Of a stretch of DNA of 64,000 nucleotides, positions 19,769-31,124 are shown one piece after another. Each line of letters begins with the position of its first letter. Position 1 is the stretch's first letter. The DNA is from an uncultured Methylomirabilota bacterium. Lineage in GTDB: Bacteria > Methylomirabilota > Methylomirabilia > Methylomirabilales > 2-02-FULL-66-22. Location: contig CAWJSJ010000002.1 in assembly GCA_963845565.1 (NCBI GenBank), positions 2,208,001 through 2,272,000 of the forward strand, given 5' to 3'. The notes below the pieces were generated by a model. It searched no databases and was not told the origin of the DNA. It saw only the letters and a program-made list of their open reading frames with translations. Both the position numbers and the translations under genes were made by a program.

Positions 19769-20826
19769 ACCGGCTTTTCGTTGTGGTCCTTGCCGGCGGA
19801 AGCGGGGAGCGATTCTGGCCGCTCTCGACGCCGAGTCACCCGAAGCAGTTCCCGCCCCTCCTCGACGGGCAGAGCTTCTTCCAGCGGACCGTCGAGCGCG
19901 CCGCGCACTTGGTCGGTCAGGAAAGGGTCCTGGTCGCGACGCGGCGGGAACTGCTGCCGATCGTCCAGCACCAGCTCCCGGGATTCCCGGCGGCGAACTG
20001 TCTGCTGGAGCCGGTCGGACGGGACACGGCGGCGTGCATCGGTTTGGCCGCGCTAGCGGTCGAGACGCGCCTGCCCGGGGCCCGGATGCTGGTGACCCCC
20101 TCGGATCATTTCATCGAGCCGTTCCACGCCTTCGAAGAGACCGTCCGTCAGGGTCTCCAGTTGCTGGATCGGGTGGAGGGCCTGGTGACGCTCGGCATCC
20201 CCCCCACGGGACCGGAGACGGGATATGGGTATATCCTGGCCGGGGAGGCTGTGCCGGCGCATCCGGCGGCGCGCCGGTGCGACCGGTTCACGGAGAAGCC
20301 CGACCGGACGACCGCGGAGCGGTTCGTGGCGGACGGCCGGTACTACTGGAACAGCGGCATCTTTCTCTGGCGGGCGGAGACGCTGCTCGGGGCGATGGCT
20401 CAGTATCTGCCGGAGCACTGGCGGGCGCTGGAAGAGATCCGCCCGGCGCTCGGCGCGGCCAGCGAGGCAGAGGTCCTGGATCGGGTCTTTCCACGGATGC
20501 CGCGGGTGTCGGTGGATGTCGGCATCCTGGAGCGGGCGGACGACGTCTACATGATCCCGGCGACCTTCAGCTGGGACGACGTCGGCGCCTGGAGCGCTCT
20601 CGGGCGCATCCTGCCGCGGGATGACTCCGGGAACGCCGTGGTTGGCCGCCATACCGGTCGGGACAGTCATGGGTGTGTGGTCTATGCGACAACCAGACCC
20701 GTGGGGACCATCGGGCTCCGGGACATCGTGGTGGTGGAGACGCCCGAGGGGATCCTGGTCTGTCCCAAAGAGCGAGCCCAAGAGGTGAAGGATCTGGTGC
20801 GCGCCATGCGGGAGCAAAAGCCATGA
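19765..20826 (+). CDS. manC: Mannose-1-phosphate guanylyltransferase
   Basis: LAGGSGERFWPLS..PKQF, EPVGRDTA, PSDH, PETGYGY, WNSGIF, WDDVGAW. Confidence 0.92.
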   Translation: MNRLFVVVLAGGSGERFWPLSTPSHPKQFPPLLDGQSFFQRTVERAAHLVGQERVLVATRRELLPIVQHQLPGFPAANCLLEPVGRDTAACIGLAALAVETRLPGARMLVTPSDHFIEPFHAFEETVRQGLQLLDRVEGLVTLGIPPTGPETGYGYILAGEAVPAHPAARRCDRFTEKPDRTTAERFVADGRYYWNSGIFLWRAETLLGAMAQYLPEHWRALEEIRPALGAASEAEVLDRVFPRMPRVSVDVGILERADDVYMIPATFSWDDVGAWSALGRILPRDDSGNAVVGRHTGRDSHGCVVYATTRPVGTIGLRDIVVVETPEGILVCPKERAQEVKDLVRAMREQKP

Positions 20827-20843
20827 TGCCGTAATCCGCGACG

Positions 20844-21173
20844 GCTCGTCTCTGCACCTACCGCCCCCGGATGCGCCCCCACGACGGCCGGGTGGTCTTC
20901 AACTTCCTGGTCTGGCTCCTATTCTCCACGGAATCGGATCCCGTCAACCTCGGCAACCCCACCGAGTGGAACATCCGAGAGCTGGTCACCACCCTCGAGA
21001 CCCCCTTGGGCCGAGCCCTCCCCATGACCGTCCATCCCCTCCCCACCGATGATCCGAAGGTCCGGCAGCCCGACATCATCCGGGCTCGGACGCTGCTCGG
21101 GTGGGAACCGACCATCGATCTGGCGACGGGGCTGCGCGAGACGTTGGGGTATTTTCAGCAGCACTCCCGGTGA
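20844..21173 (+). pseudogene. Remnant of a UDP-glucuronate decarboxylase (Uxs)-like gene
   Basis: TYRPRMRPHDGRVVFNF joined directly to DPVNLGNP...LPTDDPKVRQPDI..A..LLGWEP; the N-terminal Rossmann fold and the GDGxQTRSF segment are missing. Confidence 0.75.
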
Positions 21174-21356
21174 GTGCGCCGCAGCACCCGCGGCGGGTCA
21201 AGCGATGACGGCGGCACGGGCGAGAAACCCGGTGCCGCCGTTCGCGTTGAGGCGTCATCGAGATCGGAATGCGCCTGATCGAGTGGGAGATGGCGGTTGA
21301 ATTTCGGCAAAAAGTACGATAGCGTAGCCGGCGTTTCGACGAGGGGTTGGCGCAAT

Positions 21357-22343
21357 ATGACAGGGAAGAACCTGCAGCAATACGTGGATCGCTTCGGGGC
21401 ATCTCGCGTGCTCGTGTTGGGCGACGTGATGCTGGACGAGTATGTCTGGGGCGCCGTGTCCCGGATCTCGCCCGAGGCCCCCGTGCCGGTGGTCGCGGTC
21501 CGGTCGGAAAGTCTGCGGGTCGGCGGCGCCGGCAACGTCGCGACCAACATCGCGGCGCTGGGGGGTCGGGTGGAGATCGTGGGCGTGGTTGGGACCGACG
21601 CGGCGGCCGCGCGGTTGACCGACGAGATGGAACGGGCCGGCGTCAAGGCGAATGGCCTGGTCGCGGATGGGTCGCGACCGACCACGATCAAGAGTCGTGT
21701 GGTCGCAGGCAGCCAGCACGTCGTCCGGTTTGATCGGGAAAGCGACGCCCCTCTCGCCCGTGCCGTGCGGGAGCGGGTCATCCAACAGATCCGCGAACGT
21801 TTGCCGGAAGCGGACGTCCTGCTCATCTCCGATTACGCCAAAGGGGTGGTCGGTGCGAGCCTCGTGCGCGAGGTGCTGGCCTTGGCCGCTCGCCTGAAGA
21901 AGCCGGTGACGGTGGACCCCAAGGTCCAGCACGTGACGCTGTTCCGGGGCGCGACGGTGATCGCTCCGAATCATCACGAAGCGGCCGCCGCGGCGCGGAT
22001 CCTGGTACGGGATGAGGCGGATTTCTTGCGCGTCGGTCAACGGCTGCTCGCGCGCCTGAAGGCGCGGGCTGTGCTGATCACGCGGGGCGAGCAGGGCATG
22101 TCGCTCTTCGAGGTGGGCCGTGCGGTGACTCACATCCCGACCTTCGCACGCGAGGTCTACGACGTGACCGGGGCCGGGGATACGGTGATGGCGGTCCTGA
22201 CGCTGGCGCTGGCAGCCGGAGCGCCCATGCGCGACGCGGCGGTGCTGGCGAACTATGGGGCCGGCGTGGTGGTCGGGAAGCGCGGGACGGCGACGGTCAA
22301 CCGCGGTGAACTGGTGCGGGCGATTCGGGATGGAAAGGCGTGA
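21357..22343 (+). CDS. rfaE1: D-glycero-beta-D-manno-heptose-7-phosphate kinase (RfaE domain I)
   Basis: GDVMLDEY, RISPEAPVPV, GGAGNVA, SDYAKG, DVTGAGDTV. Confidence 0.93.
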   Translation: MTGKNLQQYVDRFGASRVLVLGDVMLDEYVWGAVSRISPEAPVPVVAVRSESLRVGGAGNVATNIAALGGRVEIVGVVGTDAAAARLTDEMERAGVKANGLVADGSRPTTIKSRVVAGSQHVVRFDRESDAPLARAVRERVIQQIRERLPEADVLLISDYAKGVVGASLVREVLALAARLKKPVTVDPKVQHVTLFRGATVIAPNHHEAAAAARILVRDEADFLRVGQRLLARLKARAVLITRGEQGMSLFEVGRAVTHIPTFAREVYDVTGAGDTVMAVLTLALAAGAPMRDAAVLANYGAGVVVGKRGTATVNRGELVRAIRDGKA

Positions 22344-22380
22344 GCGGCGGGTCGCGAGCCACGAGCCGAGAGGACGCGGC

Positions 22381-23114
22381 ATGAAGCCGCGCATTGTCGG
22401 CATCATCCCCGCGCGGTATGCCTCCAGCCGGTTTCCCGGCAAGGCGCTGGCGGAGCTCGCCGGGAAGCCGATGGTGCAGCATGTGGTCGAGCGGGCCGTC
22501 CGGGCGACGCTCCTCGACGAGGTGTTGGTCGCGACCGACGATCCGCGGATCGCCGACGCGGTGCGTCGGTTCGGCGGCACGGCGTGCATGACGGCGCCGA
22601 CGCACCCGTCCGGGACCGATCGCATCGCCGAGGTGGTGCGGGACATGGCCTGCGACTTGGTCGTAAACATCCAGGGGGACGAACCGCTCATCGAGCCGTC
22701 GGTCATCGATCAGGCGGTGGCACCGCTGGCGGAGGATCCGTCCATCGGCATGGGAACCCTGGCGCGCCCCATGGGAGTGGACGAGGCCGCGGATCCCAGC
22801 AAGGTCAAGGTCGTGCTCGACCGCCAGGGGTTCGCCCTGTACTTCTCGCGCGCCCGGATCCCGCACATCCGGGACGACGCGCCACCGCCGACGGAGCGGC
22901 CCTACCTGCTCCACATGGGGTTGTACGCGTACCGGCGGGACACGCTGCTCCGGTTGGCCGCCCTGGCGCCGACCCCGCTGGAAGAGCGCGAACGACTGGA
23001 ACAACTGCGGGCGCTGGAGCACGGTATCCGCATCCGCGTGGTGACCACGGAGCACCAGAGTTTCGGGGTGGATACCCCCGCCGATCTGGAGCGGGTCCGG
23101 CGGATGATGCAGGA

Positions 23115-23127
<13 letters not shown>
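22381..23127 (+). CDS. kdsB: 3-deoxy-manno-octulosonate cytidylyltransferase
   Basis: IPARYASSRFPGK, SGTDR, NIQGDEP, LEQLRALE, VDTP. Confidence 0.96.
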
Positions 23128-24831
<1,704 letters not shown>

Positions 24832-24850
24832 CCATGGACCGCTGACGACG

Positions 24851-24893
24851 AACCACCGGTCAACCCGGCAGCTCGGTGACCGGTGGTTTTTTT
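24851..24893 (+). terminator. Intrinsic terminator after pyrG
   Basis: AACCACCGGTCA...TGACCGGTGGTT followed by a T-run. Confidence 0.8.
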
Positions 24894-24974
24894 GTGTGGT
24901 CGTGTACGCGAGTGCTTCGGTCGGCCCCCGCAGCCACCGCCGCGGGGGAAGATGGACGTGGAGGGCGGTCGCCC

Positions 24975-26765
24975 ATGACGCCGCAAGTGTTCCGGGGCAT
25001 CGGGGTCTCGCCGGGCGTCGCCATCGGACGGGCGCTGGTGGTCGAGGCGCGTCGGCCGCACGCCAAGCGCGAGATACTGGACGCGGCCCGCGTTCCCACC
25101 GAGGTGACTCGGCTCCGAAAGGCGCTGGACGATGCCCGCCACCAGATCGTGGAGGTGCAGGGGCGGATCGCCAAAGAGGTGGGCGCCCAATACGCCCGGA
25201 TCTTCGACGCCCACCTGCTGATCCTGGAAGACCGACTGCTGGCCGAAGAGGCGATCGCGTTCATCCAGACGCAGCGGGTGAACGCGGAATACGCGGTCCA
25301 GGAGGTCCTGGAGCCGGTGCGCCAGGCCTTCTCGCGGGTCGAGGACGGGTATCTTCGCGAGCGCCGCAGCGATGTGGACGACGTCGGCGAGCGGATCCTG
25401 CGAAATCTCCTCGGCCAGCGGCCCAGCATCCAGGTGGAGCGACCCGGAGAGACGATCCTCTTTGCCCATGAACTGACCCCCTCCGACACGGCAACGCTCC
25501 AGCGGGATACGGTCCTGGGGGTGGCCACCGAGACGGGCGGCCGCACCTCGCACAGCGCCATCATGGCGCGTTCGCTGGAAATCCCCGCCGTCGTCGGCGT
25601 GGAGAACATCTGCGCCCACGTCCGGGACCAGGACACGGTGATCCTGGATGGCCTCGAGGGGCTGGTGATCCTGACCCCGGACCGGGAGATCCTCGGCCAC
25701 TACCACGCCCGCAAGCAGCACCTGGAATACGTCGGCCGCGCCCTGCACAAGCTGGGGAGTCTCCCGGCGGAGACCCAGGACGGCTACCGGGTCCGGGTGA
25801 CCGCCAACATCGAGTTCCCCGCCGAGCTTCCCCAGGCCAAGACCCACGGGGCGGAAGGGATCGGGTTGTATCGCAGCGAGTTTCTCTACCTCAACCGGCA
25901 CGATCTTCCGGCGGAGGAGGAGCATTTCGCCGTCTACCGCGCCGTGGCGGCGGAGATGCATCCGCGGCCCACGATCATTCGCACGCTGGACTTCGGCGGT
26001 GACAAGCTGGCGTCGGCCATCCATCTGGCGACGGAGGAGAATCCGTCGCTGGGGCTCCGCGCCATCCGTCTGTGCCTGCACCGGCCGGAAATGTTTCGCG
26101 GGCAGCTGCGGGCCATCCTTCGAGCCAGCGCCTTCGGACCGCTGCGGATCATGTATCCCATGATCTCAGGGGTGGCCGAGGTTCGCGCCGCCAACGCCCT
26201 GCTGGACGAAGCAAAAGCGGAGCTAACCAAGGCGGGCGTCCCGTTCGATCCCAAGATCCAGGTGGGGGCCATGATTGAGATCCCCTCCGCCGCCGTGATC
26301 GCCGATCTTCTGGCCAGGGAAGTGGACTTCTTCAGCGTCGGGACCAACGATCTGATCCAGTACGCCCTGGCGATCGACCGGATCAACGAGCAGGTGGCCT
26401 ATCTGTACGAGCCGCTCCATCCGGCCGTGCTGCGGATGCTGCGGAGCGTGGTCAGCGCCGCCCACAACGAGGGAATCTGGGTCTCCATGTGCGGGGAGAT
26501 GGCCGGGGATCCCATCTATAGCCTCCTCCTGGTGGGATTGGGATTCGACGAACTCTCCATGACGCCGGCCTCCATCCCGCTGGTCAAGCGCATCGTCCGG
26601 TCCATCACCTACGGACAGGCCGCCGACCTGGCGCACCGGCTCTTCGGCTGCGCCACGGCGCAGGAAGTGGAGCGATTGCTGCGTCACGAGATGCGGACCC
26701 GCTTCCCTGAGTACATCTCGGGGACGCCCACGATCCACGCCGAGGGGCGTTCGGGCTCCGCCTGA
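24975..26765 (+). CDS. ptsI: Phosphoenolpyruvate-protein phosphotransferase (PTS enzyme I)
   Basis: GGRTSHSAI (phospho-His), GIGLYRSEF, ENPSLGLRAIR, FFSVGTNDL, MCGEMAG. Confidence 0.96.
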   Translation: MTPQVFRGIGVSPGVAIGRALVVEARRPHAKREILDAARVPTEVTRLRKALDDARHQIVEVQGRIAKEVGAQYARIFDAHLLILEDRLLAEEAIAFIQTQRVNAEYAVQEVLEPVRQAFSRVEDGYLRERRSDVDDVGERILRNLLGQRPSIQVERPGETILFAHELTPSDTATLQRDTVLGVATETGGRTSHSAIMARSLEIPAVVGVENICAHVRDQDTVILDGLEGLVILTPDREILGHYHARKQHLEYVGRALHKLGSLPAETQDGYRVRVTANIEFPAELPQAKTHGAEGIGLYRSEFLYLNRHDLPAEEEHFAVYRAVAAEMHPRPTIIRTLDFGGDKLASAIHLATEENPSLGLRAIRLCLHRPEMFRGQLRAILRASAFGPLRIMYPMISGVAEVRAANALLDEAKAELTKAGVPFDPKIQVGAMIEIPSAAVIADLLAREVDFFSVGTNDLIQYALAIDRINEQVAYLYEPLHPAVLRMLRSVVSAAHNEGIWVSMCGEMAGDPIYSLLLVGLGFDELSMTPASIPLVKRIVRSITYGQAADLAHRLFGCATAQEVERLLRHEMRTRFPEYISGTPTIHAEGRSGSA

Positions 26766-27075
26766 GTTGTCAGGAGATCAGGACGAATCCGTCTCCGCGA
26801 CGGTTTCTCCCTGGACGAGGCGTCGGGGGGCGGAGAAGAATCCGCACATCGGTGCATGCAGGTGCGGTAGGCCCGTCGGGGGCCGGCGATCGGAACCATC
26901 GCAGGCCGCGGGCGGGGAAGGGGGTGAGAGCGCGCCGGCGTAGTTGTGGTGCCGAGGCGCGAGCGCCGTTGACGGCATCCGGTGTCTGCCGGGGGATCCA
27001 GCAAAGACCGAGCGCCGTGATGCTGCGGTTTCGGTCCGTTCGGGGTTCGTACCATATATGAAGGAGGGATGCGCC

Positions 27076-28329
27076 ATGAAACGGATGTTACTGGTCGCTC
27101 TGCTGGTTGCGGTGGGCGTGACGCTGTGGGGATCGCTGGTTCAGGCGGGTGAGAAGGTGGCCGAGGTCACGATCGGCTCGGTGCTGTCGCTGTCGGGCGG
27201 CGCGGCAAACCAGGGGGTGCAGACGAAGACCGGAGCGATCATCGCTGCCGACGAGATCAACGCCAAGGGCGGCATTCGCGCACTGGGCGGGGCCAAGATC
27301 AAGCTCATCTTCGGCGACTCCCAAAGCAAACCGGATGTGGGCGCTTCCGAGACGGAGCGCATCATCCAGCGCGAGAACGTGCCGGTGATGTTCGGCGCCT
27401 ACCAGAGTGCGGTGACGATGGTAGCCACCGAGGTGGCCGAGCGGTACAAGGTGCCTTGGCTGGTGACCGGCTCCGTCGCCGACAAGATCACCGAGCGGGG
27501 CTTCAAGTATGTCTTCCGCCCCAACAACAAGGCCACCTACGACGCCAAGGAGCAGCTCGACGCGATCGCTACACTGGCCAAGGAGACAGGGAAGGGCCCC
27601 AAGTCCATCGGGATCCTGGTGGAGGGGACCGACTGGGGCAAGTCGCACGCCGCCAACCTGCGGGCCCAGGCCAAAGAGAAGAACTTCGAGATCGTCTTCG
27701 ACGAGGCCTATTCCCCCGGCACTGTGGACTTCTCGGCCCAGATCCTGAAAATCAAATCCCGGAAGCCCGAGGCGCTGGTCCTCGCCATGTACACCCCGGA
27801 CCACATCGTTTTTACCAAGCAGACCTACGAAGGGCGGCTGGACATCCCCTACGGCATTCACTCGGTGGGGGCGGGCTCCGAGGATCCGAACTTCTACAAA
27901 GCGGTGCCCGCCCAGGCCATCGAATACATGTTCGTGCAGGAAGACTTCCAGATCGACATGGTCGAGCTGAACGACTGGGCCAAGCCCGTCGACAAGAAGT
28001 TCCGGGAGGCGCTGGGGTACGAGCTGACCAGCTACGGCGCGCAGGGCTACTCGGCGATCTACACCATCGTTGACGTCCTCGAGCGGGCCGGCTCGATCGA
28101 CAAGGAAAAGGTGCGCGCCGCCTTCGCGGCGACCAACATCACCAGCGGGCCGGCGCCGGGGATCATGGGCTGGCAGAAGATCGCCTTCGACACGAACGGC
28201 CAGAACGTGGACGCCCACGGAGTGATCTCCCAGAACTTCAAGGGCAAGCGGACCACCATCTGGCCGGTGGCCAACCGGCCCAAGGGGATCAAGCCCGTCT
28301 GGCCGATTCCTGCGTGGAAGGATCGGTAG
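27076..28329 (+). CDS. Branched-chain amino acid (Liv-type) ABC substrate-binding protein
   Basis: AAGGAGG RBS, signal peptide, INAKGGI, GAYQS, ITERGFKYVFR. Confidence 0.9.
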   Translation: MKRMLLVALLVAVGVTLWGSLVQAGEKVAEVTIGSVLSLSGGAANQGVQTKTGAIIAADEINAKGGIRALGGAKIKLIFGDSQSKPDVGASETERIIQRENVPVMFGAYQSAVTMVATEVAERYKVPWLVTGSVADKITERGFKYVFRPNNKATYDAKEQLDAIATLAKETGKGPKSIGILVEGTDWGKSHAANLRAQAKEKNFEIVFDEAYSPGTVDFSAQILKIKSRKPEALVLAMYTPDHIVFTKQTYEGRLDIPYGIHSVGAGSEDPNFYKAVPAQAIEYMFVQEDFQIDMVELNDWAKPVDKKFREALGYELTSYGAQGYSAIYTIVDVLERAGSIDKEKVRAAFAATNITSGPAPGIMGWQKIAFDTNGQNVDAHGVISQNFKGKRTTIWPVANRPKGIKPVWPIPAWKDR

Positions 28330-28346
28330 TCCGGTCGTCTGTCTGA

Positions 28347-28380
28347 CCCGGCGGGAGAGTCGCGCGATTCTCCCGCCGGG
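28347..28380 (+). terminator. Stem-loop after the SBP gene
   Basis: CCCGGCGGGAGA...TCTCCCGCCGGG perfect 12-bp stem. Confidence 0.6.
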
Positions 28381-28395
28381 CCTTGCGGCGCGCCA

Positions 28396-28442
28396 AGCCG
28401 TTGTCAACGAATAACGTGACCGGAGAAATTAGGAGACGGCAT
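28396..28442 (+). mobile_element. Palindromic element family 2, unit A only; contains the livH RBS and part of its ATG
   Basis: AGCCGTTGTCAACGAATAACGTGACCGGAGAAATTAGGAGACGGCAT matches 31821-31866 and the reverse complement of 40443-40489. Confidence 0.75.
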
Positions 28443-29331
28443 GGACCCGATCATCCTGGGGATCGCGGTCGTCAACGGCATCGTGGTGGGCGGGCTGTAC
28501 GGGGCCATCGCCATCGGGCTCAGCCTGATCTTCGGCGTCATGCGCGTGATCAACTTTGCCCACGGCTCCTTCCTGATGGTCGGCCTCTTCATCCCCTACT
28601 GGCTCTGGCAGTTCTTCCGTGTCAACCCCTACGTTTCCATCCTGGTGGCTGCTCCAGCCCTCTTCGGACTCGGCTACGCCATCCAGGCGTTTCTGATCGC
28701 CCCACTGTACAAGCGGGAGCGGGCCATGGTCCTGGAGCCTCTGTCGGCCCTGATGCTGACTGCGGGCGTCGGGCTGATCATGGACAACCTAACCTTCATG
28801 GTCTTCGGGCCCGACTTCCGCGGCATCACCCTGGACTTCGCCTCCAAGGCCCTGTGGATCGGCGACATGCTGAACATCAACTACACGCGACTCATTGCCT
28901 TCCTGGCCAGCCTGGCCATCACTGTGATCCTGAGTCTATTCCTGGCCCGGACCGACATGGGCCGGGCCATCCGGTCCACGGCGCAGAATCGCGACGCCGC
29001 CTCGCTGTGCGGAATCAACGTCATGCGGATCTACAACGTGACGTTCGGGCTGGGCTGCGCGATCCTGGGCGTCGTGGGCTGTCTGATGATCCCCTTCTAC
29101 CTGGTCAGCCCCTCCATCGGTCTAGCCTTCGGCATCCGCTCCTTCATCACGGTGGTGCTGGGCGGCATTGGGAGCATCCCGGGCTGCATCCTGGGAGGGT
29201 TGGTCCTGGGCGTGGTGGAGTCGGTGGCGGCCCAGTTCGTCACGGCCACCTCGGCCTCCATCTTCTCCTTCGTGATCTTTATCCTGGTCCTGTTCTTCCG
29301 GCCCACGGGCCTTCTGGGCATGAAGGTCTGA
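28441..29331 (+). CDS. livH: Branched-chain amino acid ABC permease (LivH)
   Basis: GLSLIFGVMRVINFAHG, TDMGRAIR, VVLGGIGSIPG, FRPTGLLG. Confidence 0.92.
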   Translation: MDPIILGIAVVNGIVVGGLYGAIAIGLSLIFGVMRVINFAHGSFLMVGLFIPYWLWQFFRVNPYVSILVAAPALFGLGYAIQAFLIAPLYKRERAMVLEPLSALMLTAGVGLIMDNLTFMVFGPDFRGITLDFASKALWIGDMLNINYTRLIAFLASLAITVILSLFLARTDMGRAIRSTAQNRDAASLCGINVMRIYNVTFGLGCAILGVVGCLMIPFYLVSPSIGLAFGIRSFITVVLGGIGSIPGCILGGLVLGVVESVAAQFVTATSASIFSFVIFILVLFFRPTGLLGMKV

Positions 29332-29353
29332 CGTCCCGCGGGACAGAGGAGCC

Positions 29354-30376
29354 ATGGTGACACAGCAGGGACCCCGGAACGGCTTGCTGATCGCGGCGCC
29401 CGCGGCCGCGCTTTTTGTGTTGCTCGTCCTGCCGGGCTTCATCCGGGACGAATACTACCTCCATGTTCTGGTCGGCATCCTGTTCTTCGCCTACATGGCG
29501 TCGGCCTGGAATATCGTCTGCGGCTACACGGGACAACTCTCCCTTGGGCACTCGGCCCTGTGCGGTATCGGCGGCTACATTTCGACCCTCCTGTTCATCA
29601 ACGCGGGTCTCAGCCCGTGGATCGGCATGTGGATCGGGGCGGTCTGCGCGACGGGGGCGGGGGTGCTGGTCGGCTGGCCCTGCTTCCGGCTGCGCGGGCC
29701 GTACTTCGCCCTGACCACCATCGCCTTCGCCGAGATCTTGCGCATCTGGATCGACAACACCGAGGAGATCTTCGGCATCGAGCTCCGGGGGGCGCAAGGC
29801 CTCAGCGTGCCGCTCAAGGGGCACGCCCCCGCTCTCTTCCAGTTCGACGGCAAGGTGCCCTACTACTACGTCATCCTCGCCATGTTGGTGGGAGTGATGG
29901 CCGTCACCTGGTGGATGGAGCGGTCCCGCATGGGGTTCTACCTGAAGGCTATCCGGGGCGATCAGGATGCGGCGGAGGCCCTGGGGGTCAACTCCACCCG
30001 CTACCTCCTATCGGCCATGGCCTTGAGCAGCTTCCTCACCGCCCTGGGCGGGAGCTTCTATGCCCAGTTCTTCCGCTACATCAACCCGGAGCGGAACATG
30101 GGCCTGGACCTCTCCATCGAGCTCGCGCTCATGGGGATCGTGGGCGGGCAGGGTACCGTCCTGGGGCCGGTCCTGGGGGCCTTTCTCCTCACCCCGGCGG
30201 GGGAGATCACGCGCGCCACACTGGGTGGAAAGTTCCCCGGCCTGCACCTCGTGATCTACGGGCTGGTCCTCATCGTGGCCATGCTGTTCCTCCCCAAGGG
30301 GCTGATCCAGCCCTTCCGACGGCTCCTCCGCCGGGCGCCTGCGCGCTCCGGCGCGAGCAAGCCGACGACGACGTGA
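29354..30376 (+). CDS. livM: Branched-chain amino acid ABC permease (LivM)
   Basis: GYTGQLSLGH, RLRGPYFAL, AAEALGVN, GGQGTVLGP, PKGL. Confidence 0.92.
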   Translation: MVTQQGPRNGLLIAAPAAALFVLLVLPGFIRDEYYLHVLVGILFFAYMASAWNIVCGYTGQLSLGHSALCGIGGYISTLLFINAGLSPWIGMWIGAVCATGAGVLVGWPCFRLRGPYFALTTIAFAEILRIWIDNTEEIFGIELRGAQGLSVPLKGHAPALFQFDGKVPYYYVILAMLVGVMAVTWWMERSRMGFYLKAIRGDQDAAEALGVNSTRYLLSAMALSSFLTALGGSFYAQFFRYINPERNMGLDLSIELALMGIVGGQGTVLGPVLGAFLLTPAGEITRATLGGKFPGLHLVIYGLVLIVAMLFLPKGLIQPFRRLLRRAPARSGASKPTTT

Positions 30377-30398
30377 TCCGGCGTGCAAGGAGCCCGCG

Positions 30399-31124
30399 AT
30401 GCCACTGCTCGAGGTGAAGGACATCAGTAAATCGTTCGGAGGACTGCAAGCGGTGCGGGGCCTCAGTTTCGCCGTCGAGCCGGGGGAGATCCTGGGGTTG
30501 ATCGGTCCCAACGGAGCAGGGAAGACCACCGCGTTCAACATGATCGCCGGCTACTTTCCTCCGGATACGGGCGAGGTCCGCTTCAAGGGAGAAAATATTG
30601 CGGGTCTCCGGGCGTGGGATATCTCGCATCGGAAGGTCGCGCGCACCTTTCAGCTCTCGAAGCCGTTCGGGGATCTGACGGTCCTGGAGAACGTGATGGT
30701 CGGCGGGTTTCACCACCAGGGGAGCCGAGCCGCGGCGCGCGGTAAGGCGGAGGAGGTCCTGGCGTTCGTGGGGATAAGTCCCCTGGCGATGGTCGAGGCC
30801 AACAACCTGACCGTGGTGGACCGGAAACGGTTGGAGCTGGCCCGCTGCCTGGCGACGGAGCCCGAACTCCTTCTCCTCGACGAGGTGGTGGCCGGGGCGA
30901 CGCCGACCGAAGCCGTGGCCATGATGGAGGTCATCCGGAGAATCCGGGATACGGGGGTCACCATCATCATGGTGGAGCACGTCATGCGGGTGGTGATGGG
31001 GTTGAGCCACCGCGTGCTGGTGCTCCATCACGGGGAAACCATTGCCATCGGCGACCCGCAGGCGGTGAGCCGCGATCCCGTGGTGCTGAAGGCCTACCTG
31101 GGAGCGCGCTATGGCAACGCTTGA
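30399..31124 (+). CDS. livG: ABC ATP-binding protein (LivG)
   Basis: GPNGAGKT, RTFQ, LLLLDE, AYLG. Confidence 0.92.
   Translation: MPLLEVKDISKSFGGLQAVRGLSFAVEPGEILGLIGPNGAGKTTAFNMIAGYFPPDTGEVRFKGENIAGLRAWDISHRKVARTFQLSKPFGDLTVLENVMVGGFHHQGSRAAARGKAEEVLAFVGISPLAMVEANNLTVVDRKRLELARCLATEPELLLLDEVVAGATPTEAVAMMEVIRRIRDTGVTIIMVEHVMRVVMGLSHRVLVLHHGETIAIGDPQAVSRDPVVLKAYLGARYGNA

Noticed and set aside
26766..27075. 310-bp leader upstream of the Liv operon as a riboswitch
   Set aside because: Several GC stems but no recognisable riboswitch or T-box consensus.
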